NCBI GenBank assembly: GCA_047495785.1
Contig: JBLDXI010000011.1
Span: 1,364,001 to 1,428,000 of the forward strand
Source of the DNA: Lepidodermella squamata
Lineage: Eukaryota > Animalia > Gastrotricha
DNA: 64,000 bases
Direction of reading: 5' to 3'
Shown: positions 49,598 to 61,401 of the stretch, in pieces
Numbering within the stretch: the first letter of the stretch is position 1
Layout of the letters: each line of letters starts with the position of its first letter
Made by a program: the position numbers and the translations under genes
Notes under the pieces: model-generated
The model's database searches: none
Seen by the model: the letters and a program-made list of their open reading frames with translations, nothing else
Told to the model about the DNA's origin: nothing

Positions 49598-49678
49598 TTA
49601 ACCATCTGCGAAATAATTTTGTGCCTATAAGGTATGTATTCCACCTCCCAATCGCGTTACGCGAAAGCTGCGCTCTTT
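49598..49678 (+). pseudogene. Degenerate copy F of the spliced-leader-like unit
   Basis: TTAACCATCTGCGAAATAATTTTGTGCCTATAAGGTATGTATT with a shortened spacer and a partial hairpin. Confidence 0.5.
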
Positions 49679-50526
49679 ACGATTGCGCTCACTCGAATTA
49701 TTAAGGCGGATTTTTTTAATTAAATTCCTTCACTATCAGAAATGCAAAAATAATGGAAAATAATGTCAAAAGATATGAAATTCTCGGTAAAATCGGACGA
49801 CCATCAATAACAATAAACAGAATAAAAAATCGGGTGCGCCATGTTGCGTCGAAGAAAACAAAAAAGCGCGCACAGGTAAAACAGAAATTCACCAGACGAA
49901 ATAATACCTTATTCATAATATTATATACATTATAGGAATTAAATAATGATAGTTTTACTAATCATAGGTAATAATAATGTTATCACAAGCGTGAGCGAAA
50001 ATTATTCCAGGCCGCATCAGCAGCCGCCGCCGCATCATCTGTTGATTATGACGGCGGTATAATGATAATAGTATAAAATGAAAGCAACAGAATTATCATT
50101 CGGATACGTGTGCCTGCCTATATATCGCAACAGCATCAACAACAAGACGGCGGTCTGTGTTTTATTTACCAATAAATACCGACCGACCTGGCACCGTCGA
50201 TAATTATTCTTTTGCCGACGCGGGCGAATCAAGGGCGTTAAACAAATCGCGATCGGGCGCACGCGGCCAGGCGTGCACAGGCTTTTATATAACAACAACA
50301 ATAATAATAACAACAGTGGCAACGATGAAATAATAATTGAAATCGTGAGGAAATTATTCGCAATTTTCGAATAAATAGTAGGTTATATTGACTAAATAGC
50401 GGCCTAATTACTACCGCGAAGTAGCCAATTTCCGCAGATTGTTTTTCGATAAAAGTAGTAAATAATAAGGTTCTATATTAAGGTGGAATAACAAAATATT
50501 ATTCCTCTCCAAAATGTATTTATTTA

Positions 50527-51385
50527 TCCGTTGAGCATTCGTTGAGCAGAATTATTTCCCGTGCTCAATATAATTTTGCAATGTTAAGCATTTCGTTGTG
50601 CAGTCATTGTGCAACCTTTAGGCGATTGTGCAGTCATTGAGCAGTCATTTACCACTCATTAAGCATTCGTGAAGCATTCGAGTAGCGAACGTTGAGCACT
50701 ATGTGCAGGGTTTACGCACCCATTGTGCAATCATCAATTTTTGCTTTTAGCACTCGTTGAGCAGTCAAATTTTTAAAAATTAGAAAGAAATTCAGAAAAA
50801 TCCGTCAGGGCCGGGAATCGAACCAGTGACTTTGACCACCAACGCCTGCAATCGAATCGATTGCGCCACTGGTTCGCTATGAAAATCAATCACAAAAAAC
50901 CGATTTAAAGTGGATTTTTTTATATTTTGCCGTATTGGCAGTAGGCATCACTGCCGGCATTGGCCGTTTTTTTCACAAACAGCCAGTTTCGGGTATCGGC
51001 AGTATTGCCATGTGCCAGTAAAATTTAAGAAAAGTAAAAAAAACTAAAAGCCCATTAAAAAATCCGTCAGGGCCGGGAATCGAACCAGTGACTTTGACCA
51101 CCAACGCCTGCAATCGAATCGATTGCGCCACCGTCATCGGGTTATTGTCGGAACTAGAAAATGACTGATCAATGATGGGGCATATTTTCAATAATTATTG
51201 GTGTGCTCAACGCGTGTCATAAGACGTGTTAAGCACATTTTGAGCACAGTTTGAGCACTTGTTGATGATTCATCCTCTGGTTAGGCTCTAGTTGTTCACG
51301 AATTGAGCGCAAATTGTGCACTGCTTTAGCACGCGTTGAGCAAATTAAGCACAGGTTTAGCAATTGAGCAAAAATGCTCAACGGA
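50527..51385. mobile_element. MITE carrying two identical tRNA-derived modules
   Basis: TIR tccgttgagcatt / aatgctcaacgga, flanked by TA (possibly TATTTA). Many subterminal ttgagca/ttgtgca motifs. Identical 74-bp blocks at 50796-50869 and 51058-51131 with A-box TGGCGCAATCG and B-box GGTTCGATTCC on the minus strand. Confidence 0.8.
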
Positions 51386-53998
51386 TATTTATTATTAATT
51401 TTTATTTAGTAAAAAATCCGAAAATATCGCACTAAATCAGACCTCGATGTTTTGGCCTGGTTACAAATTCCCAACATCCGGAACCAGAGAACTCATATTA
51501 CAGCAACTTTTGAATTCACAGGAAATTTTCAGGAAATAGGAAAATACAAATACAAAAATCCTATGAAGAGCGATCAAAGTAAATAACTTGAAGATCACCT
51601 TCGAGTTCAAGCTCCGATGCCGGTGAAAATAAAGAAAACAAACTAGTTGTCACCTTCAAAATATGGAAATCCCTAGCCGAAATATATATTCAATAGAAAT
51701 TGAAAAAATTAAGACCACCAAGGAATTAATCATTCGAGAAGACTTCACGTCTAAAAATTCAAAGATATTTTTGACAAAAATCTTCCAAATGAGACATTAT
51801 TTTCAATAGCTGAAGGTGTTCGCAGTTCCTCGTTAAAGACAAGGATATCCTTGCTCAAAAATCACAGCAACAAGACATCAAATTGGAAAAATAACTACGA
51901 TTTTCGAAAAAAATCTACATCCTACTTTTTCAGACAAAAAACACCTTAACTCAAGTAATTCAGGTCAGATTCGGCTACCAATGAATAATAGATGGGCAAC
52001 GTGTATAAAAAATTCAGCAAACGACTTAGCCCGCGCATAAAATAGCCGAAATTCACTAGCAAATTGAAAATATTGGAAAATCAGCCGGCGATATAAAATC
52101 AATCCAAAGCGACATTTCTAACGAAAAACTCGAGGAATCTATTTATGATTCATTGCTATCATGGCTAAGACTAAACAAATTTTAATTCGATTTCTCCCGA
52201 AAATATCTTCGATTTCCTTGCGAATAAATTCTAAATTTTTTATCTTCAACAAGACTGGGGTTCCCCTTGCCGCATGCTGGAAAAAAGTCTTGAAAAATCC
52301 AGGGTAATATCCGATAAAAAAAACCTGATACATTTACGGACCACCCTGAGAGAGCGACGAAATTTCTGCGACGAGCGTGTTTTTTCAAGGCGCACCAAAA
52401 TAACGCCGCGAGAATGCACCCGCGGACGGAAGTCTCGCCGGATATTAGCCTCACGCTTTTGATATACCTGGACGAGGTATCTTTCTATCTATATTATCTG
52501 GCCGAAAAAAGAAGATAATGCAACAGCCGCGCGGCGTGTTATGATAGCCGTATGCGCTGGCCAAAAAATGCGCTATGGCGTGCGCGAAAAAAACGACGAC
52601 ATCTCACAGACTTTTATACCTGATGTGCGCATTTCATTATAGAGAACTGGTAAGATTTGTTTATCCGAGGCGCTGCTGTGAGCTGAGTGAATTAATATAG
52701 GTATAGGTATTATAGAGGTAGCTATATGCTATAATAACACAAGGCGAGTGCCTGTAACAACACGCCGGAATAACAATGAGCTCGCTTTAGGTTCGGCCGG
52801 TTTTTCCGCCGCAACGCACGCACGTTATTAAGTCTCGCTAAATTCGAAACGGCCCGTAATGATGATGATGGGAGGAGGAGGAGGAGGATAACAGAAAAAG
52901 CGTTCAATAATGACGGTGACGCGACTTTTTGTTGTTTTCCATTACTATTACAGCGATACTGATAATGGTGGAAGGAGAAAAAAAACTAACACGTGAAAAA
53001 AACTAAATGGGAGTGGAAGAAAAAACGAGATTGCCGGCGGCCAGGAATAACTATAGCAATAACCACCCAAGCGTGTCACAATAATGATTTGATAATTCCA
53101 CTCAAGCATAAAATCCTAAAGATAGTTTAAATGTGCGAAACTCCATTTAAAAAGCCCACCTTAAAAATTATCGCTTTTCGTTTTACACGCGTTTTGTAAT
53201 GAGTGAAGAAGCAATAAAACGCGCTCGCAATTTACGAATCAGGTCACGGCGGCGAGTTGCGTTTTATTGAAGGTCCTCGATTTGCGTTTTACTTGCGGTC
53301 AAAACTCGCAATGCACTGAAATAAAATTGCGTTAAAGAAAGCCACAAGGAAATCGCGAGTAAAAAATCACAGCGTGTGAAAAAAAGCAGTCACAAGGGAA
53401 ACTATGCGGCTAGCTAGTGGCGAGTGTCGCAGCAAACACTCGACGTGTTGAAAAAACACTGCAGCACGCGTGCCGCTTTTAAAACAACAAACACGTTGTG
53501 ATACAGGCAATGATACTGCGCGCGCGCCTCTCGCTCTCAAGTGGCGTGCGATACATCTAGAGACAAAGATAGGGACTTATTACAATGAGAGATGCAATGT
53601 TCTTATATATAGTTTGATTGCTGCCGCCTTATAGTATAGTATAAAAGAAGCAGTGTATCGATACAAGTATAAAGTCGGTGCAGGCGCACCAGCCAAAAAC
53701 TGGCCGGACTAATAGACCAAATCTAATAACTCAATCGCCGGCGCGCGATGGAAAAAACCAGCGTCCATTTGTGCCACTCACTCATATGCACACATCATAT
53801 GTACCCTCGATTTTTTTCACATCTTGTGACCCGCGCCCAACACATCTCATATCGCTTTCTCATTTTTTCCGCACCACTGCGCTCGTTATTCATTATTTTT
53901 ATTATTTATTTCGTGTCAAAACGATGATTTCATTATACAAATGTTGTAGTTTTTCAGTGCTTGATGTGTATGTATACAAAACGAGAATGAATGCGCGG

Positions 53999-55290
53999 TC
54001 AGAAGACGAATTTCTGCGGCACGGTCACCTGCTTGGCGTTCGGCGTCGATGAGCCCGAGCCGTTTTTAGGAGTAAAAGGTGTCGTGCAGTTAGATTTCGG
54101 CGAATTCGTGCGACTTCGACCAGCATCACTGCCTCGCTTCACCTGAGTCAGCGGCGTCAGCTGCAGTAATTGAGAAAACCATCGCGGGCTCTGAAAAATG
54201 AACAACAAATTATAAAAAAAATTCACTTAACCCAGATAATAAAAAATGTGATGCTTCAAGAGCTAAAAAAAGGATTCTCACTTGAGTGAATTAAATTTCA
54301 TAAATTTTTGCCCCATTCCGACTTGACAGGCAGTCACTTGTGACTGATCGACATTGATTCTAATTTCAGAATTATAAGTGCAAAACAAAGTCCCTTGTGC
54401 TAATTTTTATGAATGAGAGTGGGATTTTTCGAAAATATCGCGTCACGCTTTGACAGGCATGATAAGTCCTAATCAGCGTTAACTTTTGACAGGTTTTTGA
54501 GAGTTCAAAAAATGTATGCCGGGACAATAAATTGCCTTAACAAATATGATAATATTAGTAATCAAGACAATTGAGAAATTTTGCTCTCGAAGGAAATAAA
54601 AAAAATCCCCCTTAAAATTTCATAATTCCTTAAATTTCTCAATTTTTGATAAAAATTGATCAAAACTCTACAAAAAATGGAAAAAAATGTCGTCAAATCT
54701 GGAAAATTTACCTCTTCTGGGATAGTATCGAGCAGCAGTTCGCCGCTTAAATCCGGCGCCGCAATGCGAATCGTCAACAGACGGCGATTTTTCGCGGCAA
54801 CAGCCGCTGTTTGTCCGTTAGTCGCTCGGTTTCGTAGTTTTCGGGCTGCTGATAGCGCAGCGGCCGGTCCTGTATTTTTCGCCGCCGCTGCAGCCATAGA
54901 CGCGGCTAGCTTTTGCTTGCCACGCCGGGTGACAATCGACGACGTCGATGGGGCTGCAGTGGTTTGACTAACAGGCACTGAAGCTGTTCGTTTCAAACCG
55001 CCCGTTGGGGGTTTCATCTTCGGCTGGTTGTAATTACTACTATGGTTCGTGTTTGAAAAACTGCTGCTGAAGTAGTAATTTCGCATTGTCGATTGCGACG
55101 AAGGTTTGTTCGATGGCGGCGCTGTTTTTTCGAACAACTGCTCGGCAAGGCGGTGGAATAGGTGGAACAAGCGCTGCTTCCCACTTTGATGCTTTGGCAA
55201 CGATTTCGGTGAATCAAACGGGACTTTATGGGCGTCATCCGACTCTGAACTTAGCGATGAATTCGAATTTGAAATTCTAACTCTAGCCAT
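53999..55290 (-). CDS. Orphan basic disordered protein with an LxxIxE motif (2 exons)
   Basis: Exons 55290-54712 and 54190-53999 join in frame (GAG|gtaaat ... ttttcag|AGC). Ser/Thr/Lys-rich, contains LDTIPEE. Confidence 0.65.
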
Positions 55291-55779
55291 TTGCGTTAGG
55301 AGGGTAAAAATACGAGAGATACTTAAGCACGAATATTGTGATTCGCTGGACCGGTAAACATGATGAGAAAACACGCAAAAGGCCGCGCATTTTACGTCTA
55401 CGCCACTTATCGTCACAACCGGGCGAAACGAATCAACACACACACCCCGCTCGACCACGCGTGTCCATCTCGGGCTGAAAAAAGAGTGATGACAGTATCA
55501 AGAAATCAACGTGTCCTCGCCTACTGGAAAGCCGTTCACTATTTATTAGCCCCTCGCTCGTGACCTCAAAAACGCGTCTGGGTCATATGGCTGGCCTACA
55601 TGTTTATTGCTGTCGAACGAATTTAGGGCTGAAAAATCGCTCTCAAAAGTGTGAGCGCGTTTTATTACAGGTCCGCGCTTTTGAAAACAGCAACTAAAAA
55701 CGCAACGTAAAACTCCAAATAATGAAAAAAAGAACTTAAAGCTTGAGCGATTTTTGTGTTTTATTTCTGGAACCGTTGA

Positions 55780-56268
55780 TTAATAAGCAATATTATCCGG
55801 CTCTTCAACAATAGTTTCAAGGCGTTTCGAAGCGGGTAATCTTGGTGGAACATCGAAATAGCGATAGAAATCTGTGATAAAAACAGCCGCTGTTGGTGTT
55901 GCGAAAATGTGCCGCGCCAATTTCCTCCGGTTATCTGATGTTGATTTATTATTATTCGCCTGGTTGCTTCTTTGATACAGCCTTTGTGGCTGCTGTTGTA
56001 AATTCTGATTTTTCGCGTACAACCGCGGTTGTTGTTTGATTTCCGCGACTGGTTGACCGATAATGTTGTCGTTCAGCAGTTTTCTAGCGTGTTTCAGCAT
56101 GGCTGTGGCGATTCGGCGGGCTGTTAACGAGGTCCGTTCGGCTAGGCGGGAAATCACGGCTCCGGTGCAGCACCGCTGCTCGGTGACCAGGGGCGGGAAT
56201 GTGAGACCAGGCGGCGCCTCGGCGAAGTAGAAACGGTAAACGATTATTGGCAATTCAACGCGGGGCAT
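55780..56268 (-). CDS. Orphan 162-aa protein ending in LETIVEEP
   Basis: Single ORF with coding-like composition, Gln/Asn-rich middle, aataaa just after the stop. Confidence 0.55.
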   Translation of the reverse strand: MPRVELPIIVYRFYFAEAPPGLTFPPLVTEQRCCTGAVISRLAERTSLTARRIATAMLKHARKLLNDNIIGQPVAEIKQQPRLYAKNQNLQQQPQRLYQRSNQANNNKSTSDNRRKLARHIFATPTAAVFITDFYRYFDVPPRLPASKRLETIVEEPDNIAY

Positions 56269-57912
56269 TTTCTACTTATTACATAAAATTTGCGTCTAAT
56301 AAACAGAAATAAAAATTGATTCTCATGAATAAAACCCAAGTATTTCCCAATTTTCCCAAGAAAAAAGGAAAAAATGAAAAAATGACCCGAGAAATGCCGA
56401 ATTTTCGGGTCACCTTGAAGTGAAAAATTCAGAGCTATGTAGAAGACTTCATTGCCCGAAACCCGAAACCCGAAACCCTCTGTTGGTTTCATGGGAACAT
56501 TTTTCATCTGCTGCTTAAGCCTGAGAGCTCCCGAGCTGACTTGAAAGAACACGTAAAAGGATCTGGTAAAATCTTGAAAAAAATGAAACAATTTCATTTT
56601 AAACGGAAATTTCTGACCTTTGAATCAAGTTTTCAGAGCCGTTTTAAATTTTTAAATTTACTCTTTGGAAACATAAAATTGAAAAATGGGGATTCAATTC
56701 AAAGCTCAAGCAAGAACCTGTTGAAAAAGCAAAAACCAACTCTAGAATTGGGATCCCTAATTTTTATGCAAAAAATTAAAATAAATTGTAAAAAAATCGT
56801 GAAATTTTCAGTTCGAGCCCTGATGATCGAAAGCAATTTCGGCATGGTTTACAATTTTTTATTAGAAAAATTACAATTGGTCACGCGAAATGGATTCTTT
56901 TTGGAGAGTTTTAACCCATTTTTCCACGATTGTCTCAAAAAATGTGCACGAGTACTCATTGAGTCGAAAATGCATTAAAAAATTGAAATTGAAGTCGATA
57001 AGGGAATTTTCTAGAGTGAACTTGAAAAATTAAGGAGGATCTTTCTAATTCAAAGTGCGCTCTGATTCTATGAGAAGATCCCTCTCGCTACTACGTCGCA
57101 CTGTGCGCGTGCAAAAAAATCTCGAAAAAAACTGAGAGCAACTCGACGCAACTTGTCACCGCGCTAATTCTTTTATTACCCGGGCCAGTGGGTGCTTCTT
57201 GTCGGAAAACACGAGTGGTACGACGTTCTTGGTCATATCGGGGGTGCAAGGTGTTTACAAGCCTATATATTATACTATATATTACAGGCGTGCGTGATTA
57301 TTGTTTGCGTGGCCAGCGCGTTCTACTTGAACATGTCGAAAAAACAAGCGGTATATACCATTATACATATTATAGCAACTACTGCTACTGCTACTACTAC
57401 TAGATCATCATCGCACATCAGCAGGTGCAAGTTGTTTTAAAAAGGTATATAAGTGAAGGTAATAAAACTTAGCGTGTCACCACATCAGCGTTGTTCATCT
57501 CAAGCGCGGAATTTTCACGAGGCCACTCGAAAAACAGCCGTGCAGCTCAGTTGAACTGTTACGACGCCGCAAAAATTTCGACGACGACTATTATTTATTT
57601 TGAATTATTTCTCTCATATATTCATCATCCTCATTATCATTACGCTGTGCTAGCCACGCTGCCGGCAACTTTGTTGTGACATCATGTCACCGCCGGGCAT
57701 CAACATTCCGGGCCCCTCATAGGACAATAAAACACTCTTCTTCAGTGGTAGTTTCTATAATAAGTGAAGTCGCACACAATGCTGATGAGTCAAGAGATAG
57801 ACGGAAAAAAAAATCAAAGTAAATATTTGCGTTGGGCGAATAAAAGGCGCGCGGGGTGTGATGTGAGGCTGATAATTATGGGATGTTAATTATTTTTTTT
57901 CACACGGTTGTT

Positions 57913-60199
57913 ATGCTTGCGCCGCACCTGGTTAGCGCTCTGCTACTGCTAGTCGGCGGCTGTGTCATCGCCGGTGCTGCTGCTGTAACGACGAAAACAA
58001 CAACAACGCTGAGTGAGTCATAAATAACCCCTCTACGCACCCTATTTTCTCAAGGGTCTCAATTTTTTAGCTGAACCAAGGATCAAGGATGAAAACAAAA
58101 AATTCAAGTTTCGAAATTATAGGAATTTGGGAAAATAATTTAAAAAGTTCAATTATAATTTGTTTACCCTAACGCTGGGTATTAGAGGTGTAAAAGGGTC
58201 ATTAGATTTCCGGGTTATTAAGTTTTCAGGGTTGAAACTTGGAAATATGGTATTTTTTGCAAAGAATTCCGCGTCTAATCAGCTTTCATTTGACATCAAA
58301 CTCAAGGTATCACAGTCGGGAAATTAGATTTTCAGGAAAATTAACAAGCTTTGGGACATTGTTTGGGACACCCTTATAGGTCGTTATGTAGTCATCAGAT
58401 ATTTTTGAAAAAAAATTGGCATTGGAAATTATTTTGCTTCTCATTTTTCTTGGGAATCGAAAGAACTACCTTAATGTTCCCGAATTTCAGGGGCAATCTT
58501 GAAACTCACAAGACGGTCGAATATGCAAATGAGGGCCCCAATAAATGTCCAAGGTTTTTATTCAAAAATCCCATTAAAATCTGTTAAAAAAAGAGAAAAA
58601 TTCAAAAAATTACAGGAATTTAGTTTCAATGTTATTTGTTTATAGTTGATTAAAAAATCATGGCCTCGTCCCTCGATGGGTGATCATATATACCGGGTGA
58701 TCATGGGTGATCCAGGTATTATTTTCCCTTTTTCGTACTTTCATTCGAAAATGACACGTTTCGTGTTTCAGTTTTGAATTTGATCATGCAATGAGGCCAA
58801 TTCGGTTCGACCTCAAAAGATACCTGTTATTTGATTCATTAAGGCGGATATTTCAAAATAACTACTGTTTGTTCAAGGATAACACGTGACTAAAAATTGT
58901 GTTGTAAGCAATGCCCTGGAAGTGCGGACTTAGATCAAGCGTAAAATCACACTCGCAGACAGGGCTAATTGTACCAATGTTAGCTAAAATACGAAAAAAG
59001 TGCGAGTTTAATTTACTCATTAGCTCCTAGACGGACAATTTTCGAGGGCTTAATTACGGATAATATGGGATAACTAACCGCGAAAATGGTCATTTTAGAT
59101 TCTCAAGTCCAGGTATGCTTGGGGGAAGGAAGTCATGCGTGGATGGCAGATACAGATGTAGATCGATGGTCATTAGGCTTGCAGCAAAATATGTAGGCTA
59201 AGCTTCGAACTAGTGAAAGATAAAATAAAAAAAAATAAAAAACTAGAAAATTTAGGATTAGAATGAAGATGGTGATTAATATTAATAAAAATTGATAATA
59301 ATAATAATAATAATTAATTAATAAATTTATCTTAATTTTTTGTAAATTTTTTAGAACCTCGCACGACTTTGAGAACAACAATTCGATCGATTTTGTCGAC
59401 AACCCGTCGCAAACAGGCCGCCGCAAGTGGTACAACAACTGTGACAACTGCACCCGTCGTTACCCTAGCAACTTTAAACACCCCATCGCCACCCACCGGA
59501 CCTCCAGCCGCGGATCTCTCGAATCTCACCGAGGAGCAGCTGCGGCAATACGGCTACAACCCATACGGCGGCTACTACAACCCGTACGGGTCCTACTACG
59601 GCGGGACGCCGGGTGTCTATCAAGTTTTAGCTCCGCCCATTTACGTACCAGCCTCTCAACTCGCTGGTTATAATAACCAGTATAACCCGTATGGTTACGG
59701 ATACCCTTACGGCTACCCGTATGGCTACCCGTATGGCGGCTACCCTTACAACTACCCGACTGGAAACGGCAACCCAGGCCCGCCGGGTCCGCCGGGTAAC
59801 GATGGCGCGCCTGGCTGGACAGGGTTACCTGGGCCGATAGGTCCTCAGGGTCCGATAGGTGAGTGATTGTCGCAAGTCTCGAAAATTGCTCGATTTGATA
59901 TCTTACCTCGATAAGGCCGACCAGGTGTGCAGGGTATTCAAGGCATTCAAGGCTTTCCGGGTATTCCAGGACGACCAGGTTCGTTTAATGTTGCGCATTT
60001 TTTACACAAACGTACACGTTGCCTCTTTTGCAGGCCCCCCAGGTTCGACTAATAAACCGAATTTTCCCGTTAAAATTGTATTTTTATTTTTCTTTCCCAA
60101 CAAATTATATCTAGGTCCGCCAGGTATCATTAAATAATATTTTAGTATTTTTCATTAATTCTTTGTTTTTTTCTTCGCTTAGGTCCACCTGGGAAGTGA
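57913..60199 (+). CDS. Short secreted collagen with Thr-rich and Tyr/Gly/Pro-rich N-terminus (6 exons, two of 9 nt)
   Basis: Exons 57913-58012 (signal peptide), 59355-59858, 59916-59978, 60034-60042, 60115-60123, 60183-60199. All junctions phase 1 and GT-AG. Confidence 0.85.
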
Positions 60200-60569
60200 T
60201 TGGGCAAGAACATTCTGGAAAAAAAATCAAACTTTTTCGCCTTCATTCTTTTGTTACTTCGAACTCCTGAATTATTGATCATCTGTTGATGAAAAAAAGA
60301 GAATAAATGTGAGAAATTAGAAAAATTTTCTGCTCTTCAATTTGCCAGCTTTCAGGAACCTTCACCTGGTTTGATATTGATTGAGGTTCTAGCGTCAAAA
60401 TGTATATAGGTACTTTTTATTAAAGATTCAAAATGTGTATCTTTGTGACTTTGACTGTTTCTTGCTAGCAGACATCGGAAAAAATCACTGATTCGTGAAA
60501 TCGATACTTGAAATCGATATCGGCTCTTTAGACTGAAGTATCCCATATCGGCCACGGTTAGTCGCGCCT

Positions 60570-60682
60570 AATCGAACCAGTTTTAGCTTGGTCGAACCTA
60601 GTCGAACCTAGTCGAACCTAGCCGAAGCTTTTCTAGCTTGGTCGAACCTATCCGAACCTGTTTTGGCCTGTTTGAACCTTTC
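60570..60682. repeat. Degenerate 10-bp tandem repeat (gtcgaaccta)
   Basis: Three perfect units at 60591-60620 plus degenerate flanking units, next to a solo MITE arm. Confidence 0.7.
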
Positions 60683-61401
60683 GGCACCGGTTAGCCGAAT
60701 CTAGGCGAAGATAATTCTGCTTGGCCGAACCTTGTAGAAGCACGTTTGAATGTTTATGAATCTTAAAATGACCAGCACTGACAGCACAAAATACACAGGG
60801 CAGCGAGATCTATCGCTAGGGATTTAAAATAAATTAAAATATTGATATAAATAAGATAAAAAAGTTGTTGTATAATCATTTAAATAAACAAAAATTAAAA
60901 AAAAAAAGGTTTTTCCTCAAATTTCTTTATTTTTGAATTTTTTCATATTTTTATGAATTTTAAATTTCAACCATTTCAATTTTTTCGTTATTTTAATTTT
61001 ATTTCGAACTTATAAATATTATATCAAATAATTTTTCCCATTAAAATTAACTTTTACTTGTTCATTTCATGCTCTATCAATTTTGGCTCGAGACATTTGA
61101 ATGCACTGGTAGTAGAACATTCTAGATATTAACTGCGTCAAGTTTTCTACCCACTATACCACTCGAGCAATAATGAGCGCGCAATTATTGTTCGATATAT
61201 AATAAAAGAAGCGCGCGCGTGACAAGTGCGATTTTTTGCGCTCTCATGCGACGCCCCCGTTGAGGCGGCCACGCGCGACTGGCACGTCGAGAGGCGAGGC
61301 GAGGCGAACAGGCGCGTGGCCTTAGCACCTGCCGCAGTGTCTACATGCAAACGGAACCTGTTAGGTAATTAAACAGCATAGGTACAAACGCACCGACGGC
61401 T

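Noticed and set aside
41513-49678. CRISPR array interpretation of the repeat-variable-repeat units
   Set aside because: Units are 0.6-2.5 kb apart, have two different constant modules, lie in eukaryotic introns, and no cas genes are present.
41513-49678. piggyBac-like TIR (TTAA-CC...) or self-cleaving ribozyme
   Set aside because: All intact copies are co-oriented with no matching inverted end, and I see no hammerhead CUGANGA core or HDV pseudoknot. Not fully excluded without a genome-wide search.
50796-51131. Two tRNA genes
   Set aside because: A and B boxes are present, but the acceptor and T stems do not close, and both copies sit inside a TIR element.
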